Of a stretch of DNA of 64,000 bases, positions 42,901 through 58,000 are shown one piece after another. A program made the position numbers and the translations under genes. The stretch comes from Gordius albopunctatus (taxonomy: Eukaryota). Position 1 is the first letter of the stretch. Each line of letters begins with the position of its first letter. The notes under the pieces are model-generated. The model worked only from the letters and a program-made list of their open reading frames with translations, ran no database searches and was not told where the DNA came from. Where the stretch lies: positions 9,486,001-9,550,000 of the forward strand of contig OZ193909.1 of the NCBI GenBank assembly GCA_964276515.1, written 5' to 3'.

Positions 42901-45900
42901 TGATATCGAAAACTTTCATGAGGGCTATATGGTTGAACAAAAAATTTAAAAAATTTTGAGGTCGAAAAAAATATTTATTTTCATATTATTTGTAAAGGAA
43001 GCTGAAAAAATCTTTAAAAGTCAGAAAATATTCTTAGCATTATCTCCTTGTTAAAATCCCGATAAGATTTTTCCACTGGGGGAAGTTTTAGATTGAGAGA
43101 AATTAAACTTTTCGTGTTGCGTTTAGATTGTTTCAAGATCGCTTTCTAATTTCGTCTATAGTTTTTGTGAAACAAGCTCTATGTGATCGTGATTCAAAGT
43201 TAATAATTTTTGAGGACTGATCAAAAAATTTTTTTAACGAATTCACCTCTGATATCGAAAACTTTCATGAGGGCTATATGGTTGAACAAAAAATTTAAAA
43301 AATTTTGAGGTCGAAAAAAATATTTATTTTCATATTCTTTCGAAAGGGGGCGGAAGAAATAATTAAAAGATAGTAAATATTCTTAGCATTATGTCCTTGT
43401 TAAAATCCCGATAAGAATTTTTGCACGGGTGGAGTTTTAGATTGAGAAAAACTAAACTTTTCGTGTTGCGTTTAGATTTTTTCAAAATCGTTTTCTAATC
43501 GCGTCTCTAGTTTTTATGAAACAAGCTCTATGTGATTATGATTAAAAGTTAATAATTTTTGAGGACTGATCAAAAATTATTTTTAACGAATTCACCTCTG
43601 ACATCGAAAACTTTCACGAGGGCTATATGCTCTAACAAAAAAAATTGACAAAAATTTTGAGGTCGAAAAAAATATTTATTTTCATATTATTTGGAAAGGT
43701 GGCTGAAAAAATGTTTAAAAGTCAGTAAATATTCTTAGCATTATGTCCTTGTTAAAATCCCGATAAGAATTTTTTCACGGGGGGAAGTTTTAGATTGAGA
43801 GAAACTAAACTTTTTATGTTGCGTTTAGATTGTTTCAAAATCGCTTTCTAAGCCTGTCTTTAGTTTTTGTGAAACAAGCTCTAGGTGATCGTGATTCAAA
43901 GTTAATAATTTTTGAGGACTGATCAAAAAATTTTTTTAACGAATTCACCTCTGATATCGAAAACTTTCATGAGGGCTATATGGTTGAACAAAAAATTTAA
44001 AAAATTTTGAGGTCGAAAAAAATATTTATTTTCATATTCTTTCGAAAGGGGGCTGAAGAAATAATTAAAAGATAGTAAATATTCTTAGCATTATGTCCTT
44101 GTTAAAATCCCTATAAGAATTTTTGCACGGGGGGAAGTTTTAGATTGAGAGAAACTAAACTTTTTATGTTGCGTTTAGATTGTTTTTAAATCGCTTTCTA
44201 AGCCTGTCTTTAGTTTTTGTGAAACAAGCTCTAGGTGATCGTGATTCAAAGTTAATAATTTTTGAGGACTGATCAAAAAATTTTTTTAACGAATTCACCT
44301 CTGATATTGAAAACTTTCACGAGGGCTATATACTTTAACAAAAAAAATTGACAAATATTTTGAGGTCGAAAAAATTATTTATTTTCATATTATTTGGAAA
44401 GGTGGCTGAAAAAATGTTTAAAAGTCAGTAAATATTCTTAGCATTATGTCCTTGTTAAAATCCCGATAAGAATTTTTTCACGGGGGGAAGTTTTAGATTG
44501 AGAGAAACTAAACTTTTTATGTTGCGTTTAGATTGTTTCAAAATCGCTTTCTAAGCCTGTCTTTAGTTTTTGTGAAACAAGCTCTAGGTGATCGTGATTC
44601 AAAGTTAATAATTTTTGAGGACTGATCAAAAAATTTTTTTAACGAATTCACCTCTGATATCGAAAACTTTCATGAGGGCTATATGGTTGAACAAAAAATT
44701 TAAAAAATTTTGAGGTCGAAAAAAATATTTATTTTCATATTCTTTCGAAAGGGGGCGGAAGAAATAATTAAAAGATAGTAAATATTCTTAGCATTATGTC
44801 CTTGTTAAAATCCCGATAAGAATTTTTGCACGGGTGGAGTTTTAGATTGAGAAAAACTAAACTTTTCGTGTTGCGTTTAGATTTTTTCAAAATCGTTTTC
44901 TAATCGCGTCTCTAGTTTTTATGAAACAAGCTCTATGTGATTATGATTAAAAGTTAATAATTTTTGAGGACTGATCAAAAATTATTTTTAACGAATTCAC
45001 CTCTGACATCGAAAACTTTCACGGGGGCTATATGCTCTAACAAAAAAAATTGACAAAAATTTTGAGGTCGAAAAAAATATTTATTTTCATATTATTTGTA
45101 AAGGAAGCTGAAAAAATCTTTAAAAGTCAGAAAATATTCTTAGCATTATGTCCTTTTTAAAATCTCGATAAGATTTTTCCACTGGGGGAAATTTTAGATT
45201 GAGAGAAATTAAACTTTTCGTGTTGCGTTTAGATTGTTTCAAGATCGCTTTCTAATTTCGTCTATAGTTTTTGTGAAACAAGCTCTAGGTAATCGTGATT
45301 CAAAGTTAATAATTTTTGAGGACTGATCAAAAAATTTTTTTAACGAATTCACCTCTGATATTGAAAACTTTCACGAGGGCTATATACTTTAACAAAAAAA
45401 ATTGACAAAAATTTTGAGGTCGAAAAAAATATTTATTTTCATATTATTTGGAAAGGTGGCTGAAAAAATGTTTAAAAGTCAGTAAATATTCTTAGCATTA
45501 TGTCCTTGTAAAAAACCCGATAAGAATTTTTTCACGGGGGGAAGTTTTAGATTGAGAGAAACTAAACTTTTTATGTTGCGTTTAGATTGTTTCAAAATCG
45601 CTTTCTAAGCCTGTCTTTAGTTTTTGTGAAACAAGCTCTAGGTGATCGTGATTCAAAGTTAATAATTTTTGAGGACTGATCAAAAATTATTTTTAACGAA
45701 TTCACCTCTGACATCGAAAACTTTCACGAGGGCTATATGCTCTAACAAAAAAAATTGACAAAAATTTTGAGGTCGAAAAAAATATTTATTTTCATATTAT
45801 TTGGAAAGGGGGATGAAAAAATGTTTAAAAGTCAGTAAATATTCTTAGCATTATGTCCTTGTTAAAATCCCGATAAGAATTTTTTCACGGGGGGGAAGTT

Positions 45901-48900
45901 TTAGATTGAGAGAAACTAAACTTTTTATGTTGCCTTTAGATTGTTTTTAAATCGCTTTCTAAGCCTGTCTTTAGTTTTTGTGAAACAAGCTCTAGGTGAT
46001 CGTGATTCAAAGTTAATAATTTTTGAGGACTGATCAAAAAAATTTTTTAATGAATTCACCTCTGATATTGAAAACTTTCACGAGGGCTATATACTTTAAC
46101 AAAAAAAATTGACAAAAATTTTGAGGTCGAAAAAAATATTTATTTTCATATTATTTGGAAAGGTGGCTGAAAAAATGTTTAAAAGTCAGTAAATATTCTT
46201 AGCATTATGTCCTTGTTAAAATCCCGATAAGAATTTTTTCACGGGGGGAAGTTTTAGATTGAGAGAAACTAAACTTTTTATGTTGCGTTTAGATTGTTTC
46301 AAAATCGCTTTCTAAGCCTGTCTTTAGTTTTTGTGAAACAAGCTCTAGGTGATCGTGATTCAAAGTTAATAATTTTTGAGGACTGATCAAAAAATTTTTT
46401 TAACGAATTCACCTCTGATATCGAAAACTTTCATGAGGGCTATATGGTTGAACAAAAAATTAAAAAAATTTTGAGGTCGAAAAAAATATTTATTTTCATA
46501 TTCTTTCGAAAGGGGGTGGAAGAAATAATTAAAAGATAGTAAATATTCTTAGCATTATGTCCTTGTTAAAATCCCGATAAGAATTTTTGCACGGGGGGAA
46601 GTTTTAGATTGAGAGAAACTAAACTTTTTATGTTGCGTTTAGATCGTTTTGAAATCGCTTTCTAAGCCTATCTTTAGTTTTTGTGAAACAAGCTCTAGGT
46701 GATCGTGATTCAAAGTTAATAATTTTTGAGGACTGATCAAAAAATTTTTTTAACGAATTCACCTCTAATATTGAAAACTTTCACGAGGGCTATATACTTT
46801 AACAAAAAAAATTGACAAAAATTTTGAGGTCGAAAAAAATATTTATTTTCATATTATTTGGAAAGGTGGCTGAAAAAATGTTTAAAAGTCAGTAAATATT
46901 CTTAGCATTATGTCCTTGTTAAAATCCCGATAAGAATTTTTTCACGGGGGGAAGTTTTAGATTGAGAGAAACTAAACTTTTTATGTTGCGTTTAGATTGT
47001 TTCAAAATCGCTTTCTAAGCCTGTCTTTAGTTTTTGTGAAACAAGCTCTAGGTGATCGTGATTCAAAGTTAATAATTTTTGAGGACTGATCAAAAAATTT
47101 TTTTAACGAATTCACCTCTGATATCGAAAACTTTCATGAGGGCTATATGGTTGAACAAAAAATTTAAAAAATTTTGAGGTCGAAAAAAATATTTATTTTC
47201 ATATTATTTGTAAAGGAAGCTGAAAAAATCTTTAAAAGTCAGAAAATATTCTTAGCATTATGTCCTTGTTAAAATCCCGATAAGATTTTTCCACTGGGGG
47301 AAGTTTTAGATTGAGAGAAATTAAACTTTTCGTGTTGCGTTTAGATTGTTTCAAGATCGCTTTCTAATTTCGTCTATAGTTTTTGTGAAACAAGCTCTAT
47401 GTGATCGTGATTCAAAGTTAATAATTTTTGAGGACTGATCAAAAAAATTTTTTAACGAATTCACCTCTGATATCGAAAACTTTCATGAGGGCTATATGGT
47501 TGAACAAAAAATTTAAAAAATTTTGAGGTCGAAAAAAATATTTATTTTCATATTATTTGGAAAGGTGGCTGAAAAAATGTTTAAAAGTCAGTAAATATTC
47601 TTAGCATTATGTCCTTGTTAAAATCCCGATAAGAATTTTTTCACGGGGGGAAGTTTTAGATTGAGAGAAACTAAACTTTTTATGTTGCGTTTAGATTGTT
47701 TCAAAATCGCTTTCTAAGCCTGTCTTTAGTTTTTGTGAAACAAGCTCTAGGTGATCGTGATTCAAAGTTAATAATTTTTGAGGACTGATCAAAAAATTTT
47801 TTTAACGAATTCACCTCTGATATCGAAAACTTTCATGAGGGCTATATGGTTGAACAAAAAATTTAAAAAATTTTGAGGTCGAAAAAAATATTTATTTTCA
47901 TATTCTTTCGAAAGGGGGCGGAAGAAATAATTAAAAGATAGTAAATATTCTTAGCATTATGTCCTTGTTAAAATCCCGATAAGAATTTTTGCACGGGTGG
48001 AGTTTTAGATTGAGAAAAACTAAACTTTTCGTGTTGCGTTTAGATTTTTTCAAAATCGTTTTCTAATCGCGTCTCTAGTTTTTATGAAACAAGCTCTATG
48101 TGATTATGATTAAAAGTTAATAATTTTTGAGGACTGATCAAAAATTATTTTTAACGAATTCACCTCTGACATCGAAAACTTTCACGGGGGCTATATGCTC
48201 TAACAAAAAAAATTGACAAATATTTTGAGGTCGAAAAAAATATTTATTTTCATATTATTTGGAAAGGTGGCTGAAAAAATGTTTAAAAGTCAGTAAATAT
48301 TCTTAGCATTATGTCCTTGTTAAAATCCCGATAAGAATTTTTTCACGGGGGGAAGTTTTAGATTGAGAGAAACTAAACTTTTTATGTTGCGTTTAGATTG
48401 TTTCAAAATCGCTTTCTAAGCCTGTCTTTAGTTTTTGTGAAACAAGCTCTAGGTGATCGTGATTCAAAGTTAATAATTTTTGAGGACTGATCAAAAAATT
48501 TTTTTAACGAATTCACCTCTGATATCGAAAACTTTCATGAGGGCTATATGGTTGAACAAAAAATTTAAAAAATTATGAGGTCGAAAAAAATATTTATTTT
48601 CATATTATTTGTAAAGGAAGCTGAAAAAATCTTTAAAAGTCAGAAAATATTCTTAGCATTATGTCCTTGTTAAAATCCCGATAAGATTTTTCCACTGGGG
48701 GAAGTTTTAGATTGAGAGAAATTAAACTTTTCGTGTTGGGTTTAGATTGTTTCAAGATCGCTTTCTAATTTCGTCTATAGTTTTTGTGAAACAAGCTCTA
48801 TGTGATCGTGATTCAAAGTTAATAATTTTTGAGGACTGATCAAAAAAATTTTTTAACGAATTCACCTCTGATATTGAAAACTTTCACGAGGGCTATATAC

Positions 48901-51900
48901 TTTAACAAAAAAAATTGACAAATATTTTGAGGTCGAAAAAAATATTTATTTTCATATTCTTTCGAAAGGGGGCTGAAGAAATAATTAAAAGATAGTAAAT
49001 ATTCTTAGCATTATGTCCTTGTTAAAATCCCGATAAGAATTTTTGCACGGGGGGAAGTTTTAGATTGAGAGAAACTAAACTTTTTATGTTGCGTTTAGAT
49101 TGTTTTTAAATCGCTTTCTAAGCCTGTCTTTAGTTTTTGTGAAACAAGCTCTAGGTGATCGTGATTCAAAGTTAATAATTTTTGAGGACTGATCAAAAAA
49201 TTTTTTTAACGAATTCACCTCTGATATTGAAAACTTTCACGAGGGCTATATACTTTAACAAAAAAAATTGACAAATATTTTGAGGTCGAAAAAAATATTT
49301 ATTTTCATATTATTTGGAAAGGGGGATGAAAAAATCTTTAAAAGTCAATAAATATTCTTAGTATTATGTCCTTGTTAAAATCCCGATAAGAATTTTTGCA
49401 CGGGGGGAAGTTTTAGATTGAGAGAAACTAAACTTTTTATGTTGCGTTTAGATTGTTTTTAAATCGCTTTCTAAGCCTGTCTTTAGTTTTTGTGAAACAA
49501 GCTCTAGGTGATCGTGATTCAAAGTTAATAATTTTTGAGGACTGACCTAAAAAATTTTTTTTAACGAATTCACCTCTGATATCGAAAACTTTCATGAGGG
49601 CTATATGGTTGAACAAAAAATTTAAAAAATTTTGAGGTCGAAAAAAATATTTATTTTCATATTATTTGTAAAGGAAGCTGAAAAAATCTTTAAAAGTCAG
49701 AAAATATTCTTAGCATTATGTCCTTTTTAAAATCTCGATAAGATTTTTCCACTGGGGGAAATTTTAGATTGAGAGAAATTAAACTTTTCGTGTTGCGTTT
49801 AGATTGTTTCAAGATCGCTTTCTAATTTCGTCTATAGTTTTTGTGAAACAAGCTATATGTGATCGTGATTCAAAGTTAATAATTTTTGAGGACTGATCAA
49901 AAAAATTTTTTAACGAATTCACCTCTGATATCGAAAACTTTCATGAGGGCTATATGGTTGAACAAAAAATTTAAAAAATTTTGAGGTCGAAAAAAATATT
50001 TATTTTCATATTCTTTCGAAAGGGGGCTGAAGAAATAATTAAAAGATAGTAAATATTCTTAGCATTATGTCCTTGTTAAAATCCCGATAAGAATTTTTGC
50101 ACGGGGGGAAGTTTTAGATTGAGAGAAACTAAACTTTTTATGTTGCGTTTAGATTGTTTTTAAATCGCTTTCTAAGACTGTCTTTAGTTTTTGTGAAACA
50201 AGCTCTAGGTGATCGTGATTCAAAGTTAATAATTTTTGAGGACTGATCAAAAAATTTTTTTAACGAATTCACCTCTGATATTGAAAACTTTCACGAGGGC
50301 TATATACCTTAACAAAAAAAATTGACAAATATTTTGAGGTCGAAAAAAATATTTATTTTCATATTATTTGGAAAGGTGGCTGAAAAAATGTTTAAAAGTC
50401 AGTAAATATTCTTAGCATTATGTCCTTGTTAAAATCCCGATAAGAATTTTTTCACGGGGGGAAGTTTTAGATTGAGAGAAACTAAACTTTTTATGTTGCG
50501 TTTAGATTGTTTCAAAATCGCTTTCTAAGCCTGTCTTTAGTTTTTGTGAAACAAGCTCTAGGTGATCGTGATTCAAAGTTAATAATTTTTGAGGACTGAT
50601 CAAAAAATTTTTTTAACGAATTCACCTCTGATATCGAAAACTTTCATGAGGGCTATATGGTTGAACAAAAAATTTAAAAAATTATGAGGTCGAAAAAAAT
50701 ATTTATTTTCATATTATTTGTAAAGGAAGCTGAAAAAATCTTTAAAAGTCAGAAAATATTCTTAGCATTATGTCCTTGTTAAAATCCCGATAAGATTTTT
50801 CCACTGGGGGAAGTTTTAGATTGAGAGAAATTAAACTTTTCGTGTTGGGTTTAGATTGTTTCAAGATCGCTTTCTAATTTCGTCTATAGTTTTTGTGAAA
50901 CAAGCTCTATGTGATCGTGATTCAAAGTTAATAATTTTTGAGGACTGATCAAAAAAATTTTTTAACGAATTCACCTCTGATATCGAAAACTTTCATGAGG
51001 GCTATATGGTTGAACAAAAAATTTAAAAAATTTTGAGGTCGAAAAAAATATTTATTTTCATATTCTTTCGAAAGGGGGCTGAAGAAATAATTAAAAGATA
51101 GTAAATATTCTTAGCATTATGTCCTTGTTAAAATCCCGATAAGAATTTTTGCACGGGGGGAAGTTTTAGATTGAGAGAAACTAAACTTTTTATGTTGCGT
51201 TTAGATTGTTTTTAAATCGCTTTCTAAGCCTGTCTTTAGTTTTTGTGAAACAAGCTCTAGGTGATCGTGATTCAAAGTTAATAATTTTTGAGGACTGATC
51301 AAAAAAATTTTTTAACGAATTCACCTCTGATATTGAAAACTTTCACGAGGGCTATATACTTTAACAAAAAAAATTGACAAAAATTTTGAGGTCGAAAAAA
51401 ATATTTATTTTCATATTATTTGGAAAGGTGGCTGAAAAAATGTTTAAAAGTCAGTAAATATTCATAGCATTATGTCCTTGTTAAAATCCCGATAAGAATT
51501 TTTTCACGGGGGGAAGTTTTAGATTGAGAGAAACTAAACTTTTCGTGTTGCGTTTAGATTGTTTCAAAATCGCTTTCTAATCGCGTCTCTAGTTTTTATG
51601 AAACAAGCTCTCTGTGATTATGATTAAAAGTTCATAATTTTTGAGGACTGATCAAAAATTATTTTAAAACTTTCACGAGGGCGATATGCTCTAACAAAAA
51701 AAATTGACAAAAATTTTGAGGTCGAAAAAAATATTTATTTTCATATTATTTGGAAAGGTGGCTGAAAAAATGTTTAAAAGTCAGTAAATATTCATAGCAT
51801 TATGTCCTTGTTAAAATCCCGATAAGAATTTTTGCACGGGGGGAAGTTTTAGATTGAGAGAAACTAAACTTTTTATGTTGCGTTTAGATTGTTTTTAAAT

Positions 51901-52413
51901 CGCTTTCTAAGCCTGTCTTTAGTTTTTGTGAAACAAGCTATATGTGATCGTGATTCAAAGTTTAATTTTTGAGGACTGATCAAAAAAATTTTTTAACGAA
52001 TTCACCTCTGATATCGAAAACTTTCATGAGGGCTATATGGTTGAACAAAAAATTTAAAAAATTTTGAGGTCGAAAAAAATATTTATTTTCATATTCTTTC
52101 GAAAGGGGGCTGAAGAAATAATTAAAAGATAGTAAATATTCTTAGCATTATGTCCTTGTTAAAATCCCGATAAGAATTTTTGCACGGGGGGAAGTTTTAG
52201 ATTGAGAGAAACTAAACTTTTTATGTTGCGTTTAGATTGTTTTTAAATCGCTTTCTAAGCCTGTCTTTAGTTTTTGTGAAACAAGCTCTAGGTGTTCGTG
52301 ATTCAAAGTTAATAATTTTTGAGGACTGATCAAAAAATTTTTTTAACGAATTCACCTCTGATATTGAAAACTTTCACGAGGGCTATATACTTTAACAAAA
52401 AAAATTGACAAAT

Positions 52414-55099
52414 ATTTTGAGGTCGAAAAAAATATTTATTTTCATATTATTTGGAAAGGTGGCTGAAAAAATGTTTAAAAGTCAGTAAATATTCTTAGCA
52501 TTATGTCCTTGTTAAAATCCCGATAAGAATTTTTTCACGGGGGGAAGTTTTAGATTGAGAGAAACTAAACTTTTTATGTTGCGTTTAGATTGTTTCAAAA
52601 TCGCTTTCTAAGCCTGTCTTTAGTTTTTGTGAAACAAGCTCTAGGTGATCGTGATTCAAAGTTAATAATTTTTGAGGACTGATCAAAAAATTTTTTTAAC
52701 GAATTCACCTCTGATATCGAAAACTTTCATGAGGGCTATATGGTTGAACAAAAAATTTAAAAAATTATGAGGTCGAAAAAAATATTTATTTTCATATTAT
52801 TTGTAAAGGAAGCTGAAAAAATCTTTAAAAGTCAGAAAATATTCTTAGCATTATGTCCTTGTTAAAATCCCGATAAGATTTTTCCACTGGGGGAAGTTTT
52901 AGATTGAGAGAAATTAAACTTTTCGTGTTGCGTTTAGATTGTTTCAAGATCGCTTTCTAATTTCGTCTATAGTTTTTGTGAAACAAGCTCTATGTGATCG
53001 TGATTCAAAGTTAATAATTTTTGAGGACTGATCAAAAAAATTTTTTAACGAATTCACCTCTGATATCGAAAACTTTCATGAGGGCTATATGGTTGAACAA
53101 AAAATTTAAAAAATTTTGAGGTCGAAAAAAATATTTATTTTCATATTCTTTCGAAAGGGGGCTGAAGAAATAATTAAAAGATAGTAAATATTCTTAGCAT
53201 TATGTCCTTGTTAAAATCCCGATAAGAATTTTTGCACGGGGGGAAGTTTTAGATTGAGAGAAACTAAACTTTTTATGTTGCGTTTAGATTGTTTTTAAAT
53301 CGCTTTCTAAGCCTGTCTTTAGTTTTTGTGAAACAAGCTCTAGGTGATCGTGATTCAAAGTTAATAATTTTTGAGGACTGATCAAAAAAATTTTTTAACG
53401 AATTCACCTCTGATATTGAAAACTTTCACGAGGGCTATATACTTTAACAAAAAAAATTGACAAAAATTTTGAGGTCGAAAAAAATATTTATTTTCATATT
53501 ATTTGGAAAGGTGGCTGAAAAAATGTTTAAAAGTCAGTAAATATTCATAGCATTATGTCCTTGTTAAAATCCCGATAAGAATTTTTTCACGGGGGGAAGT
53601 TTTAGATTGAGAGAAACTAAACTTTTCGTGTTGCGTTTAGATTGTTTCAAAATCGCTTTCTAATCGCGTCTCTAGTTTTTATGAAACAAGCTCTCTGTGA
53701 TTATGATTAAAAGTTCATAATTTTTGAGGACTGATCAAAAATTATTTTTAACGAATTCACCTCTGACATCGAAAACTTTCACGAGGGCGATATGCTCTAA
53801 CAAAAAAAATTGACAAAAATTTTGAGGTCGAAAAAAATATTTATTTTCATATTATTTGGAAAGGTGGCTGAAAAAATGTTTAAAAGTCAGTAAATATTCA
53901 TAGCATTATGTCCTTGTTAAAATCCCGATAAGAATTTTTGCACGGGGGGAAGTTTTAGATTGAGAGAAACTAAACTTTTTATGTTGCGTTTAGATTGTTT
54001 TTAAATCGCTTTCTAAGCCTGTCTTTAGTTTTTGTGAAACAAGCTCTAGGTGATCGTGATTCAAAGTTAATAATTTTTGAGGACTGATCAAAAAATTTTT
54101 TTAACGAATTCACCTCTGATATCGAAAACTTTCATGAGGGCTATATGGTTGAACAAAAAATTTAAAAAATTTTGAGGTCGAAAAAAATATTTATTTTCAT
54201 ATTCTTTCGAAAGGGGGCGGAAGAAATAATTAAAAGATAGTAAATATTCTTAGCATTATGTCCTTGTTAAAATCCCGATGAGAATTTTTGCACGGGTGGA
54301 GTTTTAGATTGAGAAAAACTAAACTTTTCGTGTTGCGTTTCGATTGTTTCAAAATCGCTTTCTAATCGCGTCTCTAGTTTTTATGAAACAAGCTCTATGT
54401 GATTATGATTAAAAGTTAATAATTTTTGAGGACTGATCAAAAAATTTTTTAACGAATTCACCTCTGACATCGAAAACTTTCACGAGGGCTATATGCTCTA
54501 ACAAAAAAAATTGACAAAAATTTTGAGGTCGAAAAAAATATTTATTTTCATATTATTTGGAAAGGGGGATGAAAAAATCTTTAAAAGTCAATAAATATTC
54601 TTAGTATTATGTCCATGTTAAAATCCCGATAAGAATTTTTGCACGGGGGGAAGTTTTAGATTGAGAGAAACTAAACTTTTCGTGTTGCGTTTAGATTGTT
54701 TCAAAATCGCTTTCTAATCGCGTCTCTAGTTTTTATGAAACAAGCTCTATGTGATTATGATTAAAAGTTAATAATTTTTGAGGACTGATCAAAAATTATT
54801 TTTACCGAATTCACCTCTGACATCAAAAACTTTCACGAGGGCTATATGCTTTAACAAAAAAAATTGACAAAAATTTTGAGGTCGAAAAAAATGTTTATTT
54901 TCATATTCTTTCGAAAGGGGGCTGAACCAATATTTAAAAGTCAGTAAATATTCTTAGCATTATGTCCTTGTTAAAATCTCGATAAGAATTTTTTCACGGG
55001 GGGAAGTTTTAGATTGAGAGAAACTAAACTTTTTATGTTGCGTTTAGATTGTTTCAAAATCGCTTTCTAAGCCTGTCTTTAGTTTTTGTGAAACAAGCT
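52414..55099 (+). repeat. Dispersed block copy 1 (~2.7 kb), repeated 7,740 bp downstream
   Basis: cccgatGag 54280/62020 and gctgaaCCaa ~54927/62667; ttt Cgattg, gtccAtg and tttaCcgaat also recur at exactly +7740. Confidence 0.92.
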
Positions 55100-58000
55100 A
55101 TATGTGATTATGATTCAAAGTTAATAATTTTTGAGGACTGATCAAAAAATTTTTTAACGAATTCACCTCTGACATCGAAAACTTTCACGAGGGCTATATG
55201 CTCTAACAAAAAAAATTGACAAAAATTTTGAGGTCGAAAAAAATATTTATTTTCATATTATTTGGAAAGGGGGATGAAAAAATCTTTAAAAGTCAGTAAA
55301 TATTCTTAGCATTATGTCCTTGTTAAAATCCCGATAAGAATTTTTACACGGGGGGAAGTTTTAGATTGAGAGAAATTAAACTTTTCGTGTTGCGTTTAGA
55401 TTGTTTCAAGATCGCTTTCTAATTTCGTCTATAGTTTTTGTGAAACAAGCTCTATGTGATCGTGATTCAAAGTTAATAATTTTTGAGGACTGATCAAAAA
55501 TTTTTTTTAACGAATTCACCTCTTACATCGAAAACTTACACGAGGGCTATATGCTTTAACAAAAAAAATTTAAAAAATTTTGAGGTCGAAAAAAATATTT
55601 ATTTTCCTATTATTTGGAAAGAGGGCTGAAAAAATCTTTAAAAGTCAGTAAATATTCTTAGCATTATGTCCTTGTTAAAATCCCGATAAGAATTTTTACA
55701 CGGGGGGAAGTTTTAGATTGAGAGAAATTAAACTTTTCGTGTTGCGTTTAGATTGTTTCAAGATCGCTTTCTAATTTCGTCTATAGTTTTTGTGAAACAA
55801 GCTCTATGTGATCGTGATTCAAAGTTAATAATTTTTGAGGACTGATCAAAAATTTTTTTTAACGAATTCACCTCTGATATCGAAAACTTTCATGAGGGCT
55901 ATATGGTTGAATAAAAAATTTAAAAAATTTTGAGGTCGAAAAAAATATTTAATTTCATATTATTTGTAAAGGAAGCTGAAAAAATATTTAAAAGTCAGTA
56001 AATATTCTTAGCATTATGTCCTTGTTAAAATCCCGATAAGAATTTTTACACGGGGGGAAGTTTTAGATTGAGAGAAATTAAACTTTTCGTGTTGCGTTTA
56101 GATTGTTTCAAGATCGCTTTCTAATTTCGTCTATAGTTTTTGTGAAACAAGCTCCATGTGATCGTGATTCAAAGTTAATAATTTTTGAGGACTGATCAAA
56201 AATTTTGTTTAACGAATTCACCTCTGACATCGAAAACTTTCACGAGGGCTATTTACTTTAACAAAAAAAATTGACAAAAATTTTGAGGTAGAAAAAAATA
56301 TTTATTTTCATATTCTTTCGAAAGGGGGCTGAAGAAATATTTAAAAGTCAGTAAATATTCTTAGCATTATGTCCTTGTTAAAATCCCGATAAGATTTTTC
56401 CACTGGGGGAAGTTTTAGATTGAGAGAAATTAAACTTTTCGTGTTGCGTTTAGATTGTTTCAAAATCACTTTCTAATCGCGTCTCTAGTTTTTATGAAAC
56501 AAGCTCTATGTGATTATGATTAAAAGTTAATAATTTTTGAGGACTGATCAAAAATTATTTTTAACGAATTCACCTCTGACTACGAAAACTTTCACGAGGG
56601 CTATATGCTTTAACAAAAAAAATTGACAAAAATTTTGAGGTCGAAAAAAATATTTATTTTCATATTCTTTCGAAAGGGGGATGAAGAAATATTTAAAAAT
56701 CAGTAAATATTCTTAGCATTATGTCCTTGTTAAAATCCCGATAAGAATTTTTTCACGGGGGGAAGTTTTAGATTGAGAGAAACTAAACTTTTTATGTTGC
56801 GTTTAGATTGTTTCAAAATCGCTTTCTAAGCCTGTCTTTAGTTTTTGTGAAACAAGCTCTAGGTGATCGTGATTCAAAGTTAATAATTTTTGAGGACTGA
56901 TCAAAAAATTTTTTTAACGAATTCACCTCTGATATCGAAAACTTTCATGAGGGCTATATGCTTTAACAAAAAAAATTGACAAAAATTTTGAGGTCGAAAA
57001 AAATATTTATTTTCATATTATTTGGAAAGGGGGGTGAAAAAATCTTTAAAAGTCAGAAAATATTCTTAGCATTATGTCCTTTTTAAAATCTCGATAAGAT
57101 TTTTCCACTGGGGGAAATTTTAGATTGAGAGAAATTAAACTTTTCGTGTTGCGTTTAGATTGTTTCAAGATCGCTTTCTAATTTCGTCTATAGTTTTTGT
57201 GAAACAAGCTATATGTGATCGTGATTCAAAGTTAATAATTTTTGAGGACTGATCAAAAAATTTTTTTAACGAATTCACCTCTGATATCGAAAACTTTCAT
57301 GAGGGCTATATGGTTGAACAAAAAATTTAAAAAATTTTGAGGTCGAAAAAAATATTTATTTTCATATTCTTTCAAAAGGGGGCTGAAGAAATAATTAAAA
57401 GATAGTAAATATTCTTAGCATTATGTCCTTGTTAAAATCCCTATAAGAATTTTTTCACGGGGGGAAGTTTTAGATTGAGAGAAACTAAACTTTTTATGTT
57501 GCGTTTAGATTGTTTCAAAATCGCTTTCTAATCGCGTCTCTAGTTTTTGTGAAACAAGCTCTAGGTGATCGTGATTCAAAGTTAATAATTTTTGAGGACT
57601 GATCAAAAAATTTTTTTAACGAATTCACCTCTGATATCGAAAACTTTCATGAGGGCTATATGGTTGAACAAAAAAAATTGACAAATATTTTGAGGTCGAA
57701 AAAAATATTTATTTTCATATTATTTGGAAAGGTGGCTGAAAAAATGTTTAAAAGTCAGTAAATATTCTTAGCATTATGTCCTTGTAAAAAACCCGATAAG
57801 AATTTTTTCACGGGGGGAAGTTTTAGATTGAGAGAAACTAAACTTTTTATGTTGCGTTTAGATTGTTTCAAAATCGCTTTCTAAGCCTGTCTTTAGTTTT
57901 TGTGAAACAAGCTCTAGGTGATCGTGATTCAAAGTTAATAATTTTTGAGGACTGATCAAAAATTATTTTTAACGAATTCACCTCTGACATCGAAAACTTT

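Larger units (their letters stand above)
22853..52412 (+). repeat. Large tandem duplication, period 14,721-14,722 bp (~42 monomers), two near-identical copies
   Basis: Rare variants recur at a fixed offset: atccAgata 24131/38852, gaaaaaaTtatt 26846/41568 and 29653/44375, gttgCCttt 31211/45933, 23-bp deletion 36943/51665, ggtgTtcg 37573/52295. Confidence 0.95.
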
